A stretch of 64,000 nucleotides of DNA, from assembly GCA_963768855.1 (NCBI GenBank), contig CAVYJM010000011.1:320001-384000 (forward strand), given 5' to 3'. This DNA is from an uncultured Thermoplasmata archaeon. Lineage in GTDB: Archaea; Thermoplasmatota; Thermoplasmata; RBG-16-68-12. The notes under the pieces were generated by a model. It was not told the origin of the DNA. It saw only the letters and a program-made list of their open reading frames with translations, and ran no database searches. Position numbers and translations under genes: made by a program. Shown one piece after another: positions 27,421 to 36,429 of this stretch. Positions within the stretch are counted from its first letter, which is position 1, and every line of letters starts with the position of its first letter.

Positions 27421-29907
27421 CTACCCTCCGCGCGCCTGCGCACCGGCCCCCCCGCGCAGGCGGGAGAACAGGGACTGCGCGCGACTGCGCCAGGGCGCCG
27501 CCTCGTCGCGGCGTCCCTGCGCTTCGTAGACCTGTGCGATCTCCTCGCACCGGCTCGCGAGGCTGTACGGATTGTCGAGGCGCGCGATCAGGTCCACGGA
27601 CGCCAGGAGCTCCTGCTCCGCCCGCGGCCACTCGCCTTTCCGGGCCGCCACCATCCCGAGGTTCGCCCGCGCGGTGGACACCGCGACCGGGTCGCGGACC
27701 GTCGAGGCCAGGTCGAGGGCGCGGGAGGCGCACGTCGACGCGGCGTCCGTCGCGTCCATCCGCAGGAAGTTGTCCGCGGCGTTCGCCAGTGCGTACGAGG
27801 CGAATCGCACTTCGCCGGCGCCCAGGGCGAGTTCCGCGGAGCGCTCGAAGGCCCGCGCGGCGTCCTGGGGCTTGCCCTCCTCGCTCAGGATGATCGCGAG
27901 GTTGTTCTCGATCGCCGCGAGCTCCCGGCTTCCCTTCCGGGCCAGGTGCTGGCCTTCTTCAAGCCGCGCGCGGGCGCCACTCAGGTCGCCGCGAGCGATG
28001 AGGGCCGCGCCGAGGTCCGTGAGGGCGCGCGTCCGCTCGCGGGAGGCGTCCGCCAGGAGCAGCGTGGCCCGCGTCAGGTAGTCGATCGCGACGCCCAGGT
28101 TCCCGAGCCGGCGCTCGACCCCGCCGAGCGCACGGAGCGCCTCGCCCTCCAGCTCCGGCACGCCCATGATACTCGCCTCCCGCACCGCCAGGGAGAGGAG
28201 GCGCTGGGCGTCCGCGTATTCCCCCTCGCGGGTCTTAATGCGGCCGAGGTGGACCCGGGCCCGGAGACATTCCTCCGGACTCCCGCGTCGCACGATCGCC
28301 TCCAGGGTCGTTCGGGCCTCGTCGAACTTCCCGAGGAAGACCTGGGTCTCCGCGAGCAGGCGCGGCGGGCGGAGGGGCGGGGGAAGGCCTAGGACGCACG
28401 CCTCCAGCTCGCCCGCCCGCGCCCCGTCCGCGTAGGCTTCGCCATGCTCCAGGAGGAGGTCCGACGCGGCCTGGAGTTCGCGCGCTTCGAGGAGATGGTT
28501 CGCGGCCTCCAGGAAGTCGCCGCGGTCCTCCCAATACGTCGCCGCGCGCGCGTGCGCCTTCCGACGGTCCGTCTCGACCATGCGGCCGAGGTAGAACTCC
28601 TTCACGAGGTCGTGGAGGAGATATCCCTCCTCCCGGTGCTGGAGGACCGCCCGCTTCAGGAGTTGCCGCAGCTGCGCGACCGTCGTGCCGAGCGCCTCCG
28701 GCGACTTGGCGGGGCGGCGGAGGATCGCGAAGGTCTTGAGCGCTTCCTCGGAAACGTCGTCGAGCCCTTCGAGGACGGTCTCGAGGACGAAGCGCTCGGT
28801 CTCGACCGCGCCCGCGTCGAGCCCGCTCGCCGCGAAGAGTTCGAGGGCCAGGGGATGCCCGCGCGTCGCGCGGAGGACGCGGGCTACCGAGCTCGCGTCC
28901 AGATCCCTCCGGCGGTGGGTGAGGAGCTCCTCCGCGGCTGCGGCGTCGAGCCCGCCCAGCGGGACTTCGAGGATCCCGCCTTCGTTCAAGTCGCCGCGAT
29001 CGTAGAAGGCGGGCTGGGTCCGCGTCGCGACGAGCACCTTGAATGGAGGCGCCTTCTCCACGAGGGACGCAAGGACCCCCTCGGCCGCGGGGCACGCGTG
29101 AAGGTCATCGAGGGCCAGGATGCATCCGGCCAGATCCTCCCGGAGGACGGCGATCGCCTCGAGCGGGTCGTAGGCCGGCCGGGACAGGACCGTCTTGAGC
29201 CGGCGGCGCCCCTCGCGGGCGAGGAAGTCGGCGACCGTGGACAGGATGCCGTGCGCGTCGTCGTATGGGTAGAGGCGCCGCTGCAGGACGGGCATTGACG
29301 CATCCTCCAGGGCCTTCGCGACGAGGACGCTCTTCCCGATCCCCGCGACTCCGATGACGACGGCCAGGGGGTGCGCATCGTCGCGCAGCCAGCTGCGGAG
29401 CGTCGCGAGCTCCCCCGTCCGACCGTAGAAGGGGCGTTGAGTTGGCGGTGCTGCACGCGGGCTTTCGTGGGGCCTCAGGTCCACGACCCCGCCCGCGAGG
29501 ATTCGCTGGACGCCGTCCCACTCCCGGATGCCCGCGGCGCGCAAGGCGTCGAGGGCCTCGTCCCCGCGGACCTCGTGCGTGCCGTCCCCGGTGACGAGGA
29601 GGACGTCGCGCGTGCGCGCGTGTTCGCGCATGCGACGGGCGAGGTCCTGTCCTGCGGGGGTCAGGACGTACACCTTGCGGCGGGTGCGAGCGGTCGCCAC
29701 ATGGGCCATCCGCTCCTCCACCTTCCCCACTGCGCGAAGACGCTTGAGTTCGAGGGCCACATGAGCCCGACTGATGCCCAACGCTGAACCAATCCCGTCC
29801 TGGGTCATCTCCGGAGGGACCTCGTAGGCGTCGATGTGACGCAGGAAGCCGGAGAGGTGGACAACGATTCTCTCCCCGACCGTGGCTCCGGTCACGGTAT
29901 GAAGCAC
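27421..29907 (-). CDS. wHTH + STAND-like P-loop NTPase + TPR protein
   Basis: N-terminal TQDGIGSALGISRAHV...RKVY.LT..G; FYGRTGEL; Walker A GVAGIGKS; Walker B LALDDLH; T.GHPLAL; TPR-like C-terminal half. Confidence 0.85.
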   Translation of the reverse strand: MLHTVTGATVGERIVVHLSGFLRHIDAYEVPPEMTQDGIGSALGISRAHVALELKRLRAVGKVEERMAHVATARTRRKVYVLTPAGQDLARRMREHARTRDVLLVTGDGTHEVRGDEALDALRAAGIREWDGVQRILAGGVVDLRPHESPRAAPPTQRPFYGRTGELATLRSWLRDDAHPLAVVIGVAGIGKSVLVAKALEDASMPVLQRRLYPYDDAHGILSTVADFLAREGRRRLKTVLSRPAYDPLEAIAVLREDLAGCILALDDLHACPAAEGVLASLVEKAPPFKVLVATRTQPAFYDRGDLNEGGILEVPLGGLDAAAAEELLTHRRRDLDASSVARVLRATRGHPLALELFAASGLDAGAVETERFVLETVLEGLDDVSEEALKTFAILRRPAKSPEALGTTVAQLRQLLKRAVLQHREEGYLLHDLVKEFYLGRMVETDRRKAHARAATYWEDRGDFLEAANHLLEARELQAASDLLLEHGEAYADGARAGELEACVLGLPPPLRPPRLLAETQVFLGKFDEARTTLEAIVRRGSPEECLRARVHLGRIKTREGEYADAQRLLSLAVREASIMGVPELEGEALRALGGVERRLGNLGVAIDYLTRATLLLADASRERTRALTDLGAALIARGDLSGARARLEEGQHLARKGSRELAAIENNLAIILSEEGKPQDAARAFERSAELALGAGEVRFASYALANAADNFLRMDATDAASTCASRALDLASTVRDPVAVSTARANLGMVAARKGEWPRAEQELLASVDLIARLDNPYSLASRCEEIAQVYEAQGRRDEAAPWRSRAQSLFSRLRGGAGAQARGG

Positions 29908-29994
29908 CCCCAGCTGGAGGACGTAGCCGCGCGATTTCTCTTAAGCGTCTTGTATATGCCGCATGGATTCGAGCAGGCCCCGGTCCTCCCTGGG

Positions 29995-30678
29995 TCACGT
30001 CGTGCGGCGAAGCTCGTCCAGGAGGTCGGGGAGCGGGACGAGGTCCGCGATCTCGTGGTCCGGGCGCGGGTCGGACGCGCCCCGCTCGACCCCGGTCCGG
30101 TTGACCCACACGGTCCGCATGCCGAGGCGCGACGCGCCCTCGACGTCCGCCGTCAGGGAGTCACCCACGTGGACAACCTCGGCGGGCTCTGCGCAGAGGA
30201 GGTCCAGGGCCACTTCGAAGATTCGTGGCCGCGGCTTGTACGAGCGCACGCTCTCCGACGTGATGATGTGGTCGAAGGACAATCCGTTCTTCCGGAGCAG
30301 CCCCTTCAGGAACGCGTCGTCCGCGTTGGAGACGACCGCGCGCGGGAGCCCGTCCACGCGCGCGAGTATCCGCGACGTCTCCGGGAACGCTTTCGCGTTC
30401 TGCCACATCCGCTCGAGCATCTCGATGTACGGGCGCGTCTCGCCCTCGATCCCGAAGTCGCCCATCGCCTTCGCCAGGCTGTCCTCCGTCGTGTCCTCGA
30501 GGGTCTGGAACTCCTCCTGCTCCGCACCGAAGAAGTAGCGGTCCCAGGTCTCGAGCAGCTTCTCCGGCGGGAGGCCGGGGCGGTGGTCCACGCACACGGC
30601 CCGGGCGACATGGATCAGGACGTCCCGACCCGTGTCGATGAGCGTCCCGAACGCGTCGAAGGTGACGGCGCGGATCAT
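29995..30678 (-). CDS. HAD-superfamily hydrolase
   Basis: MIRAVTFDAFGTLID (motif I), VVSNAD, YKPRPRIF, HVGDSLTADVEGA. Confidence 0.92.
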   Translation of the reverse strand: MIRAVTFDAFGTLIDTGRDVLIHVARAVCVDHRPGLPPEKLLETWDRYFFGAEQEEFQTLEDTTEDSLAKAMGDFGIEGETRPYIEMLERMWQNAKAFPETSRILARVDGLPRAVVSNADDAFLKGLLRKNGLSFDHIITSESVRSYKPRPRIFEVALDLLCAEPAEVVHVGDSLTADVEGASRLGMRTVWVNRTGVERGASDPRPDHEIADLVPLPDLLDELRRTT

Positions 30679-30703
30679 CACGTTGCCTGACCGCGCGCGG
30701 GGC

Positions 30704-31360
30704 TCATGACCTTTGTCCTCGTCCGAAGGCGCACATGCGCCGCACGGGGCATGCCTCGCACTGCGGGCGCGGGCGGCAGAACGTCTTCGCATGCCGCACG
30801 AGGAGCGCGTGGTACTCTTGGTACGTGCCGAGGTCCCGAGGGAGATGGTCCTCGAAGAACCGCTGGACCTCCTCGTAGTCCTCTCCCTCGAAAAGCCCGA
30901 TCCTCCTCCCGATCCGGATCGTGTACGCGTCGACGACGAAGATCGGATGGCGGCCCGCGTAGAGCAGGATGGAATCCGCGGTCTCCGGGCCCACGCCGGC
31001 CTGCGCGCGGAGGTCCTCGCGGAGGGCCGCGGTCGCACCCTGGAAGAAACGATCCAGGTTCCCATCGGCCCGCTCCACGAGATGACGGCAGAATGCCTTC
31101 AGGCGGATGGGCTTCGAGCGATACAGGCCGGCGACCCGGATGTGCCGTCGGATCTCGGGGACGGAGGCGGCGGCCAGCGCGTGGGGGTCCAACAGGCCGG
31201 CCTCCCGCAGATTCGCGAGCGCGCGTTCCACGTTCGCCCAGGCGGTCTGCTGCATGAGCAAGGCGCCGACGATGACCTCGAACTCCGTCTTGGCGGGCCA
31301 CCAGCGCTGCGGCCCGTATTCCTCATGGAGGCGCTCGAAGACCTGCCGGACGCGATCCAT
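30704..31360 (-). CDS. HhH-GPD endonuclease III-like protein with 4Fe-4S motif
   Basis: WWPA.T.FEVIVGA.L.QQT.W.NVE, GVGPETADSILLY, FVVDAYT, CRPRPQCEACPVRRMC. Confidence 0.9.
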   Translation of the reverse strand: MDRVRQVFERLHEEYGPQRWWPAKTEFEVIVGALLMQQTAWANVERALANLREAGLLDPHALAAASVPEIRRHIRVAGLYRSKPIRLKAFCRHLVERADGNLDRFFQGATAALREDLRAQAGVGPETADSILLYAGRHPIFVVDAYTIRIGRRIGLFEGEDYEEVQRFFEDHLPRDLGTYQEYHALLVRHAKTFCRPRPQCEACPVRRMCAFGRGQRS

Positions 31361-31446
31361 CGCCCCGGCGAAGACGGCCCGCGCCAAGAGGCTTGCCGTT
31401 GATACTCGCCCCGCCGCCTTTAAGCCCCCTGCCCAGATGCCCGCGC

Positions 31447-32082
31447 GTGGATCTGTTCGCCCTGGCGTTGACCGGGAGCGCGGTCTGGTATCCCGCATGG
31501 GACGAGGCCCTGTTCCGCTCCCTGAACCTGGCCGGGACGAACGCGATCCTGGATCTCGTCATGGTCCTGTTCACGGATCTCGCCCTCCCGTACGTCCTCG
31601 CCCTCCTCGCGATCCCGCTCTGGGCGAAGGGCCATCGCGAACAGGCGTTCGACCTCCTCGTCCTCCTCGCCTTGGTCATCGTCGTCACGGAGGTGCTCAA
31701 GTACGCCTTCGACCGGGCGCGCCCCTGCGATGTCCTGCCGAACGTGAATCTCCTGAGCCCGGAAGCGTGCGCGGCGGAGGGAGACCCCGCGTTCCCGAGC
31801 GGCCACGCCTCCCGGATCTTCGCGGTCGCCGCGTTCCTGGCCGTCTACTTCCGGTGGCCCGTCAAGGCGTCCGCGTTCGCGGTCGCCGTCGTCGTCGGGA
31901 TCAGCCGCGTGTACCTCGGCGTGCACTGGCCCTCCGACGTGCTCGCGGGCGCGGTCCTCGGGATCGCCCTCGCCCTCCTCTACGTGCTCGTCGCCCGGAA
32001 GTGGGACGGCTACCAGCGGCTTCGCACGCGGATCGTCGACGCCCTATCGCGGATCCTGCCGAAGCGGGCGAAGCCCGCCTAG
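31447..32082 (+). CDS. PAP2-family membrane phosphatase
   Basis: KYAFDRARP, FPSGHA, SRVYLGVHWPSDV; start probably GTG 31447. Confidence 0.92.
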   Translation: MDLFALALTGSAVWYPAWDEALFRSLNLAGTNAILDLVMVLFTDLALPYVLALLAIPLWAKGHREQAFDLLVLLALVIVVTEVLKYAFDRARPCDVLPNVNLLSPEACAAEGDPAFPSGHASRIFAVAAFLAVYFRWPVKASAFAVAVVVGISRVYLGVHWPSDVLAGAVLGIALALLYVLVARKWDGYQRLRTRIVDALSRILPKRAKPA

Positions 32083-32450
32083 GACGTCTTTGCCAGGAGG
32101 GCCCGCGCCCGGGTCGCGGTCTCCTCGACCTGCTTCTCGACGTCCGCGGGATGTCCGTCCGTCAGGGCGACGAAGAACACCTTGGACGTGACCACGCGGA
32201 TCAGGAGGTTCCCGTTCTCCGTGTGCACGGCGACCTGCTGAGGGGACGGCCCCTTCGTCGTGGAGTAGATGACCTCCAGGGCACCAAGCAGGGTCGCGGC
32301 CATCGTCGCGAAGTTGTCCGCGGGCACCTCGTCCGGGAGGACGGAGGCGAGCGGCACCCCGGAGCGCGTCACGACGGCGCACATGCGGCTTCCGGTCTGC
32401 CCGTTGAAACCCTTCAGGAGGACGCGTAGTTCGTCGGGGCCGCCAGACAG
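32079..32450 (-). CDS. Roadblock/LC7 domain protein, probable CTG start
   Basis: ORF 32384 extends in frame to CTG 32450, with GGAGGG SD 6 nt upstream. This adds helix DELRVLLKGFNGQTG before CAVVTRSG...FATMAATLLGA. Confidence 0.82.
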   Translation of the reverse strand: MSGGPDELRVLLKGFNGQTGSRMCAVVTRSGVPLASVLPDEVPADNFATMAATLLGALEVIYSTTKGPSPQQVAVHTENGNLLIRVVTSKVFFVALTDGHPADVEKQVEETATRARALLAKTS

Positions 32451-32583
32451 GGAAGTCCCTCCAAGCCCGCGCCGATGAGTCCCTCGTTATTTATACATTC
32501 CTCACGCGGGTCGCTCCTGTGAAATGACTCTCGCGAGCTTGAGGGGAGAAACCTTATCCGCGCCCTTCTGATTCGGCGGGTCG

Positions 32584-33519
32584 ATGGAGGACGGTGCGCG
32601 GCTCATTCTCCGAACAAGCGCCGGCCTCCGCGAGAAGGAGAAGGTCCTGATCCTCGTGGACCGGGACACGAGGACCCTGGGCGACGCGTTCCTCGCCGCG
32701 GCCCGGAGCCTCGGGACGGACCCCGTCCTCTTCCTCATCGTCCCCCGAGAGCGCGACGGCGAGGAGCCGCCCGAGATCGCCTCGACCGCGATGGAGTCGG
32801 CGGACCTCATCGTCCTGGCGACCCGCAGGTCCCTCACGCACACCCACGCGAGACGGCAGGCGAACCGCGCGGGCGCCCGCGTCATCTCGATCCCGGGCAT
32901 CACGGAGGACATGCTCGCGAAGGGCGGGCTCGCCGCCGACTGGATCGAGGTCCACGAGCTCGTCCGCCGCGTCGCACGCCGCCTGCGCAACGCACGGCAG
33001 GTCCACCTGACCTCCTCGGCGGGGACGGACCTGTCCTTCTCGATCGACGGCCGGGAGTGGATCGCGGAGGACACGGGCCTCTGCTCCCGGAGGGGCGCGT
33101 TCACGACCCTCCCGGCGGGGGAGCTCTTCATCGCGCCAATCGAGTCGAGCGCGGAGGGCCGCCTCGTCGCGGACGTCTACTTCGACGAGCCCCTTATCGA
33201 GCCCGTGACCGCGACCCTGCGGGAGGGGCACGCGACCAAGATCGTCGGCGCCTCGAAGGCGGTCCACGCGATGAACCTCGGAGGCCGGGAGGGGCGCACC
33301 CTCGGCCGCTTCGGCTTCGGGCTCAACGCGAAGGCGCGTGCATCGGGTCCCCACTTCGAGGCGGAGAAGTCGCTCGGCTGCGCGAACCTGGGGTTCGGGG
33401 ACAACGTGGCGATCGGCGGGCGGCTCGCATCCAACGTGCGGGTGGAATGCATCCTCTCCGACGTGACCTTCGAGGTCGACGGCAAGCCCGTGATCGAGAA
33501 GGGCCATCTCGTCGGGTGA
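32584..33519 (+). CDS. Aminopeptidase (M29/AmpT-like) homolog with degenerate metal ligands
   Basis: EKVLILVD, EPPE, SLTHT.AR..A...GAR..SIPG, TLPAGELFIAP.E; C-terminal ligand positions substituted. Confidence 0.82.
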   Translation: MEDGARLILRTSAGLREKEKVLILVDRDTRTLGDAFLAAARSLGTDPVLFLIVPRERDGEEPPEIASTAMESADLIVLATRRSLTHTHARRQANRAGARVISIPGITEDMLAKGGLAADWIEVHELVRRVARRLRNARQVHLTSSAGTDLSFSIDGREWIAEDTGLCSRRGAFTTLPAGELFIAPIESSAEGRLVADVYFDEPLIEPVTATLREGHATKIVGASKAVHAMNLGGREGRTLGRFGFGLNAKARASGPHFEAEKSLGCANLGFGDNVAIGGRLASNVRVECILSDVTFEVDGKPVIEKGHLVG

Positions 33520-33525
33520 GCGCGG

Positions 33526-36381
33526 TCAGCGGTGGTAGAGGACCCCGTAGAAGCGGTTCTCCTTCGAGGTCTTCTCCAGGCGGCCCACGATCGCGACCTT
33601 CGTGCCGCACTTCTTGCACTTGTTGTCCTTGTCCAGGTACCAGCCCGTGATGTCGAATCCGTACCGCTTCACGGCCATGGCCCCGCATCCGGGGCAGTAC
33701 GTGTTCTCGAGGCGGTGGCCCGGGACGTTGCCGATGTACGCGTACGGGAGACCTTCCTCCTTCGCGACCGCGCAGTGCCGCTCGAGGGTCTCGACCGGCG
33801 TCCAGGGGAACTCCATCATCTTGTAGTCCGGATGGAAGCGGAGGAAGTGGATCGGCGTGTCGGGGCCGAGGTTGTCGTGGACCCAGCGGGCCAGCTTGCG
33901 GGCCGCCTCCAGGCTGTCCCCCACCTGGGGAACGATGAGGTCCGTGATCTCGATGTGGATCTTCTTCGTGTCCCGCATCTCGAGGATCGTCTGGAAGATG
34001 GGGTCCGCGTTCGGGATGTTGATGTACTTCCGGACGAACTCGGTCTCGCCGGACCCCTTGAAATCGACCGTCACGCAATCGAGGAACTTCTCCATCTCCG
34101 CCACGGTCTCGGGCGTGTCGTAGCCGTTGGACACGAAGATGTTGATGAGGCCCGCCTTCCTGGCGAGGACACCGATGTCCCGGGCGAACTCGATGAAGAT
34201 CGTGGGCTGGTTGTACGTGTACGCGAGGCCCTGACAACCCTGCTCCACGGTCATGCGGACGACGTCTTCGGGTTGGACCTCGATGCCCTCGACCTTGCGC
34301 CGCTGGGAGATGTCAGCGTTCTGGCAGTTCGCGACCGCGAGGCCGTTGGCCGTGTAGCTGTGATCTTCCTCGACCTCGATGTTGTAGACGGGACCGACGT
34401 AGGTCTCCTCTGTGATTTCGCGAATCGGAACGAGCAGATACCGTGCAGTCTTGATTGTGCGGACCTTGCTGCTCACCCACTCCACGGAATCGGGGTCCAT
34501 ACGGACTTGGTCTACGAAGAGCCGAAGCATGAAGTCGTTCGCGCGCGACACCTTCCGGCCTTCGATTTCGTACTCGGTGGGATTCTGGGCGACGTACACT
34601 CGGGGTGTCTCGCCAAGCATGACGAGCAATTGTGCGACGCCAAAGGTCAGCGCTGGAGAAGTGGACGAACTCCCGAGCACCAGGGAATCGCCTCGGCCCT
34701 TGGTTACATAACCGTCCCCGTTGAGATACCCGGAGAGGAATCCGAGGATCACAGGCGGGTCCGTGGACCGGAGGATGAATGAAGGAACCCGCTTGGTTTC
34801 GCAGGAGTCGCCGCATGTCTCTTGGACGAGTCGGGTGAAGGGTGCGTTCGGGACGATGACGGCGGCTCGATGTCCCTGGACGGAGACGCGCGTCGGGAGC
34901 CCGAGAGTCGTCTCGATCAGCCGACGGACCTCCGCAATCCGGTCCGTTTCCTGGAGCCCCAAGCTGAACCAGACTGAGCCGCTATTGGGCCGCTTTCGAT
35001 GCCACGACACCGACCCCTCTGCGCAGTAGTAGCCAAGAAGCCTCGCGAATTCCGGGGTCACACGAATGCGGGCCGGGATTCCAGGTCCCTTCTCGGCAGA
35101 CCAACGGATCCGTCCAGACTGCGTCTTGAGGCTGTACCTGTGCTTGTATTTCGGGGAGCTCGCGGCTCGAACGAACGCATCCATGTCGAGCGGAGGGTTG
35201 GCCTCAGGGAAGGGGCGTGGTATCGCCAGGAAGTCTCCAATCTTGAGATCCCGGGCACGGAGCTTCCGTACCGGCCCACCTGCGACCGAAGCGAAGACCG
35301 GGTGGTCCGGCGTGCAGCGGAAGCCGGGCAGGTAGAACGGTCTGATTGTCAGGAGAGGGCCCTCGTACAAGTGTCGGAATGCCTGCCGGACCTGCTTCCA
35401 CCGACCCCGATGTGTCAGGACCTCGTGGTCGCCGACATCCCGGACATCCATGTTCCTCGTTGCCGTTCCGCTCTCGAATAGCGACTCGATCGGGAGGTGT
35501 CCGTTTTCAGTCAGCACGAGCGTCCCAGGTGCAAAACAGTATCGACAGTTGTGAACGACCGTCCCATCGGCTACATAGTTGTGGAAGGGAACGCATTCGA
35601 AGCTGAAAACCGGTTCGCTGGAGTCCTCTTCGGTGATCGTCCGTACTCGTTTCCACCCAAGCTCCGGCACGGGGGCGTGAAGTGAGTCCAGCGTCGTGAA
35701 GAACGCAGACATCTCCCTCGGGTGTGCCACGACTCCATGTGCTGGAAGGTCATGCGGGCATTCCAAGCTTCGGGGTTCCGGCGCAAAGCCCTGTGAGGCG
35801 AGTACGTCATCCCCGGGAGAGAGCGAAGAGACCCTCGTCCAGCCTTTCGTTGAGAGAACGGGATGCTCGGCGGTAGCGAGTAGCGGCTTGTGCGGACCCC
35901 AGAAGCGGACGCGGAAGGAGGGGGCGCGACGGAACCCTCGTGCAGACACGATGGAGGGCAGGGGGTTCGTGGGCCCGGAGAGTGACCAGAGCACATCCCC
36001 CTCGGACACGTCCTCCACGGGCTTCGTGGACCCGTCCGCCAGAAGGACTTGAGTGCCCGCAGGGTGGCAGAGCCAGTTGCACCCCGTCGTCGCGATGCTG
36101 AAGATCTTCGACCCCGGTCGATAGTGCTGGACCGGCTTCTTCTCGATCGGATCGACATGGCCGGTGATCACGCGCCCGTACACGTAGAGCCACAGTTTCC
36201 CCTGGTGGACCCCTCGGATCCCACAGAGGCCGACCTGGCCCTCGCCGATCTTGCAGTACCGCGCGCAGGCGGTGCACATGATCTTGTTCGTTCCCTCGAC
36301 GGGCTTCCACAGCTCCGCCACCTTGCCCACCGCCTGTCCGGGCGGCTGGCGCACGTCGAGGACATCCTCGGGAGGAATCAT
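33526..36381 (-). CDS. AmmeMemoRadiSam-type radical SAM enzyme interrupted by two inteins (spliced product about 373 aa)
   Basis: DPIEKKP..HY.PGS..FS.AT.GCNWL|C RY|CQNADISQ after removing inteins; AYTYNQPTIF, VSNGY, VDFKG, EITDL.VP, PIHFLRFHPDYK, ENTYCP.C. Confidence 0.93.
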   Translation of the reverse strand: MIPPEDVLDVRQPPGQAVGKVAELWKPVEGTNKIMCTACARYCKIGEGQVGLCGIRGVHQGKLWLYVYGRVITGHVDPIEKKPVQHYRPGSKIFSIATTGCNWLCHPAGTQVLLADGSTKPVEDVSEGDVLWSLSGPTNPLPSIVSARGFRRAPSFRVRFWGPHKPLLATAEHPVLSTKGWTRVSSLSPGDDVLASQGFAPEPRSLECPHDLPAHGVVAHPREMSAFFTTLDSLHAPVPELGWKRVRTITEEDSSEPVFSFECVPFHNYVADGTVVHNCRYCFAPGTLVLTENGHLPIESLFESGTATRNMDVRDVGDHEVLTHRGRWKQVRQAFRHLYEGPLLTIRPFYLPGFRCTPDHPVFASVAGGPVRKLRARDLKIGDFLAIPRPFPEANPPLDMDAFVRAASSPKYKHRYSLKTQSGRIRWSAEKGPGIPARIRVTPEFARLLGYYCAEGSVSWHRKRPNSGSVWFSLGLQETDRIAEVRRLIETTLGLPTRVSVQGHRAAVIVPNAPFTRLVQETCGDSCETKRVPSFILRSTDPPVILGFLSGYLNGDGYVTKGRGDSLVLGSSSTSPALTFGVAQLLVMLGETPRVYVAQNPTEYEIEGRKVSRANDFMLRLFVDQVRMDPDSVEWVSSKVRTIKTARYLLVPIREITEETYVGPVYNIEVEEDHSYTANGLAVANCQNADISQRRKVEGIEVQPEDVVRMTVEQGCQGLAYTYNQPTIFIEFARDIGVLARKAGLINIFVSNGYDTPETVAEMEKFLDCVTVDFKGSGETEFVRKYINIPNADPIFQTILEMRDTKKIHIEITDLIVPQVGDSLEAARKLARWVHDNLGPDTPIHFLRFHPDYKMMEFPWTPVETLERHCAVAKEEGLPYAYIGNVPGHRLENTYCPGCGAMAVKRYGFDITGWYLDKDNKCKKCGTKVAIVGRLEKTSKENRFYGVLYHR
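34327..35538 (-). mobile_element. Intein 2 (404 aa) with LAGLIDADG homing endonuclease
   Basis: Starts CFAPGTLVLTENG; block B TPDHPV; LAGLIDADG-like LLGYYCAEGS and FLSGYLNGDG; ends VYNIEVEEDHSYTANGLAVAN with Cys at +1. Confidence 0.93.
35548..36069 (-). mobile_element. Intein 1 (mini-intein, 174 aa, no endonuclease)
   Basis: Starts CHPAGTQVLLADG; block B TAEHPVL; ends VFSFEC.P.HNYVADGTVVHN with Cys at +1. Confidence 0.9.
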
Positions 36382-36429
36382 GCTCCCTCCAGATTAGGCC
36401 AGAGCGACCATAAACATGTTTCGAGGAGA

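Noticed and set aside
30704-31360. Endonuclease III-like protein with Glu instead of the lyase Lys (GVGPET)
   Set aside because: This is typical of a widespread HhH-GPD subfamily and not novel.
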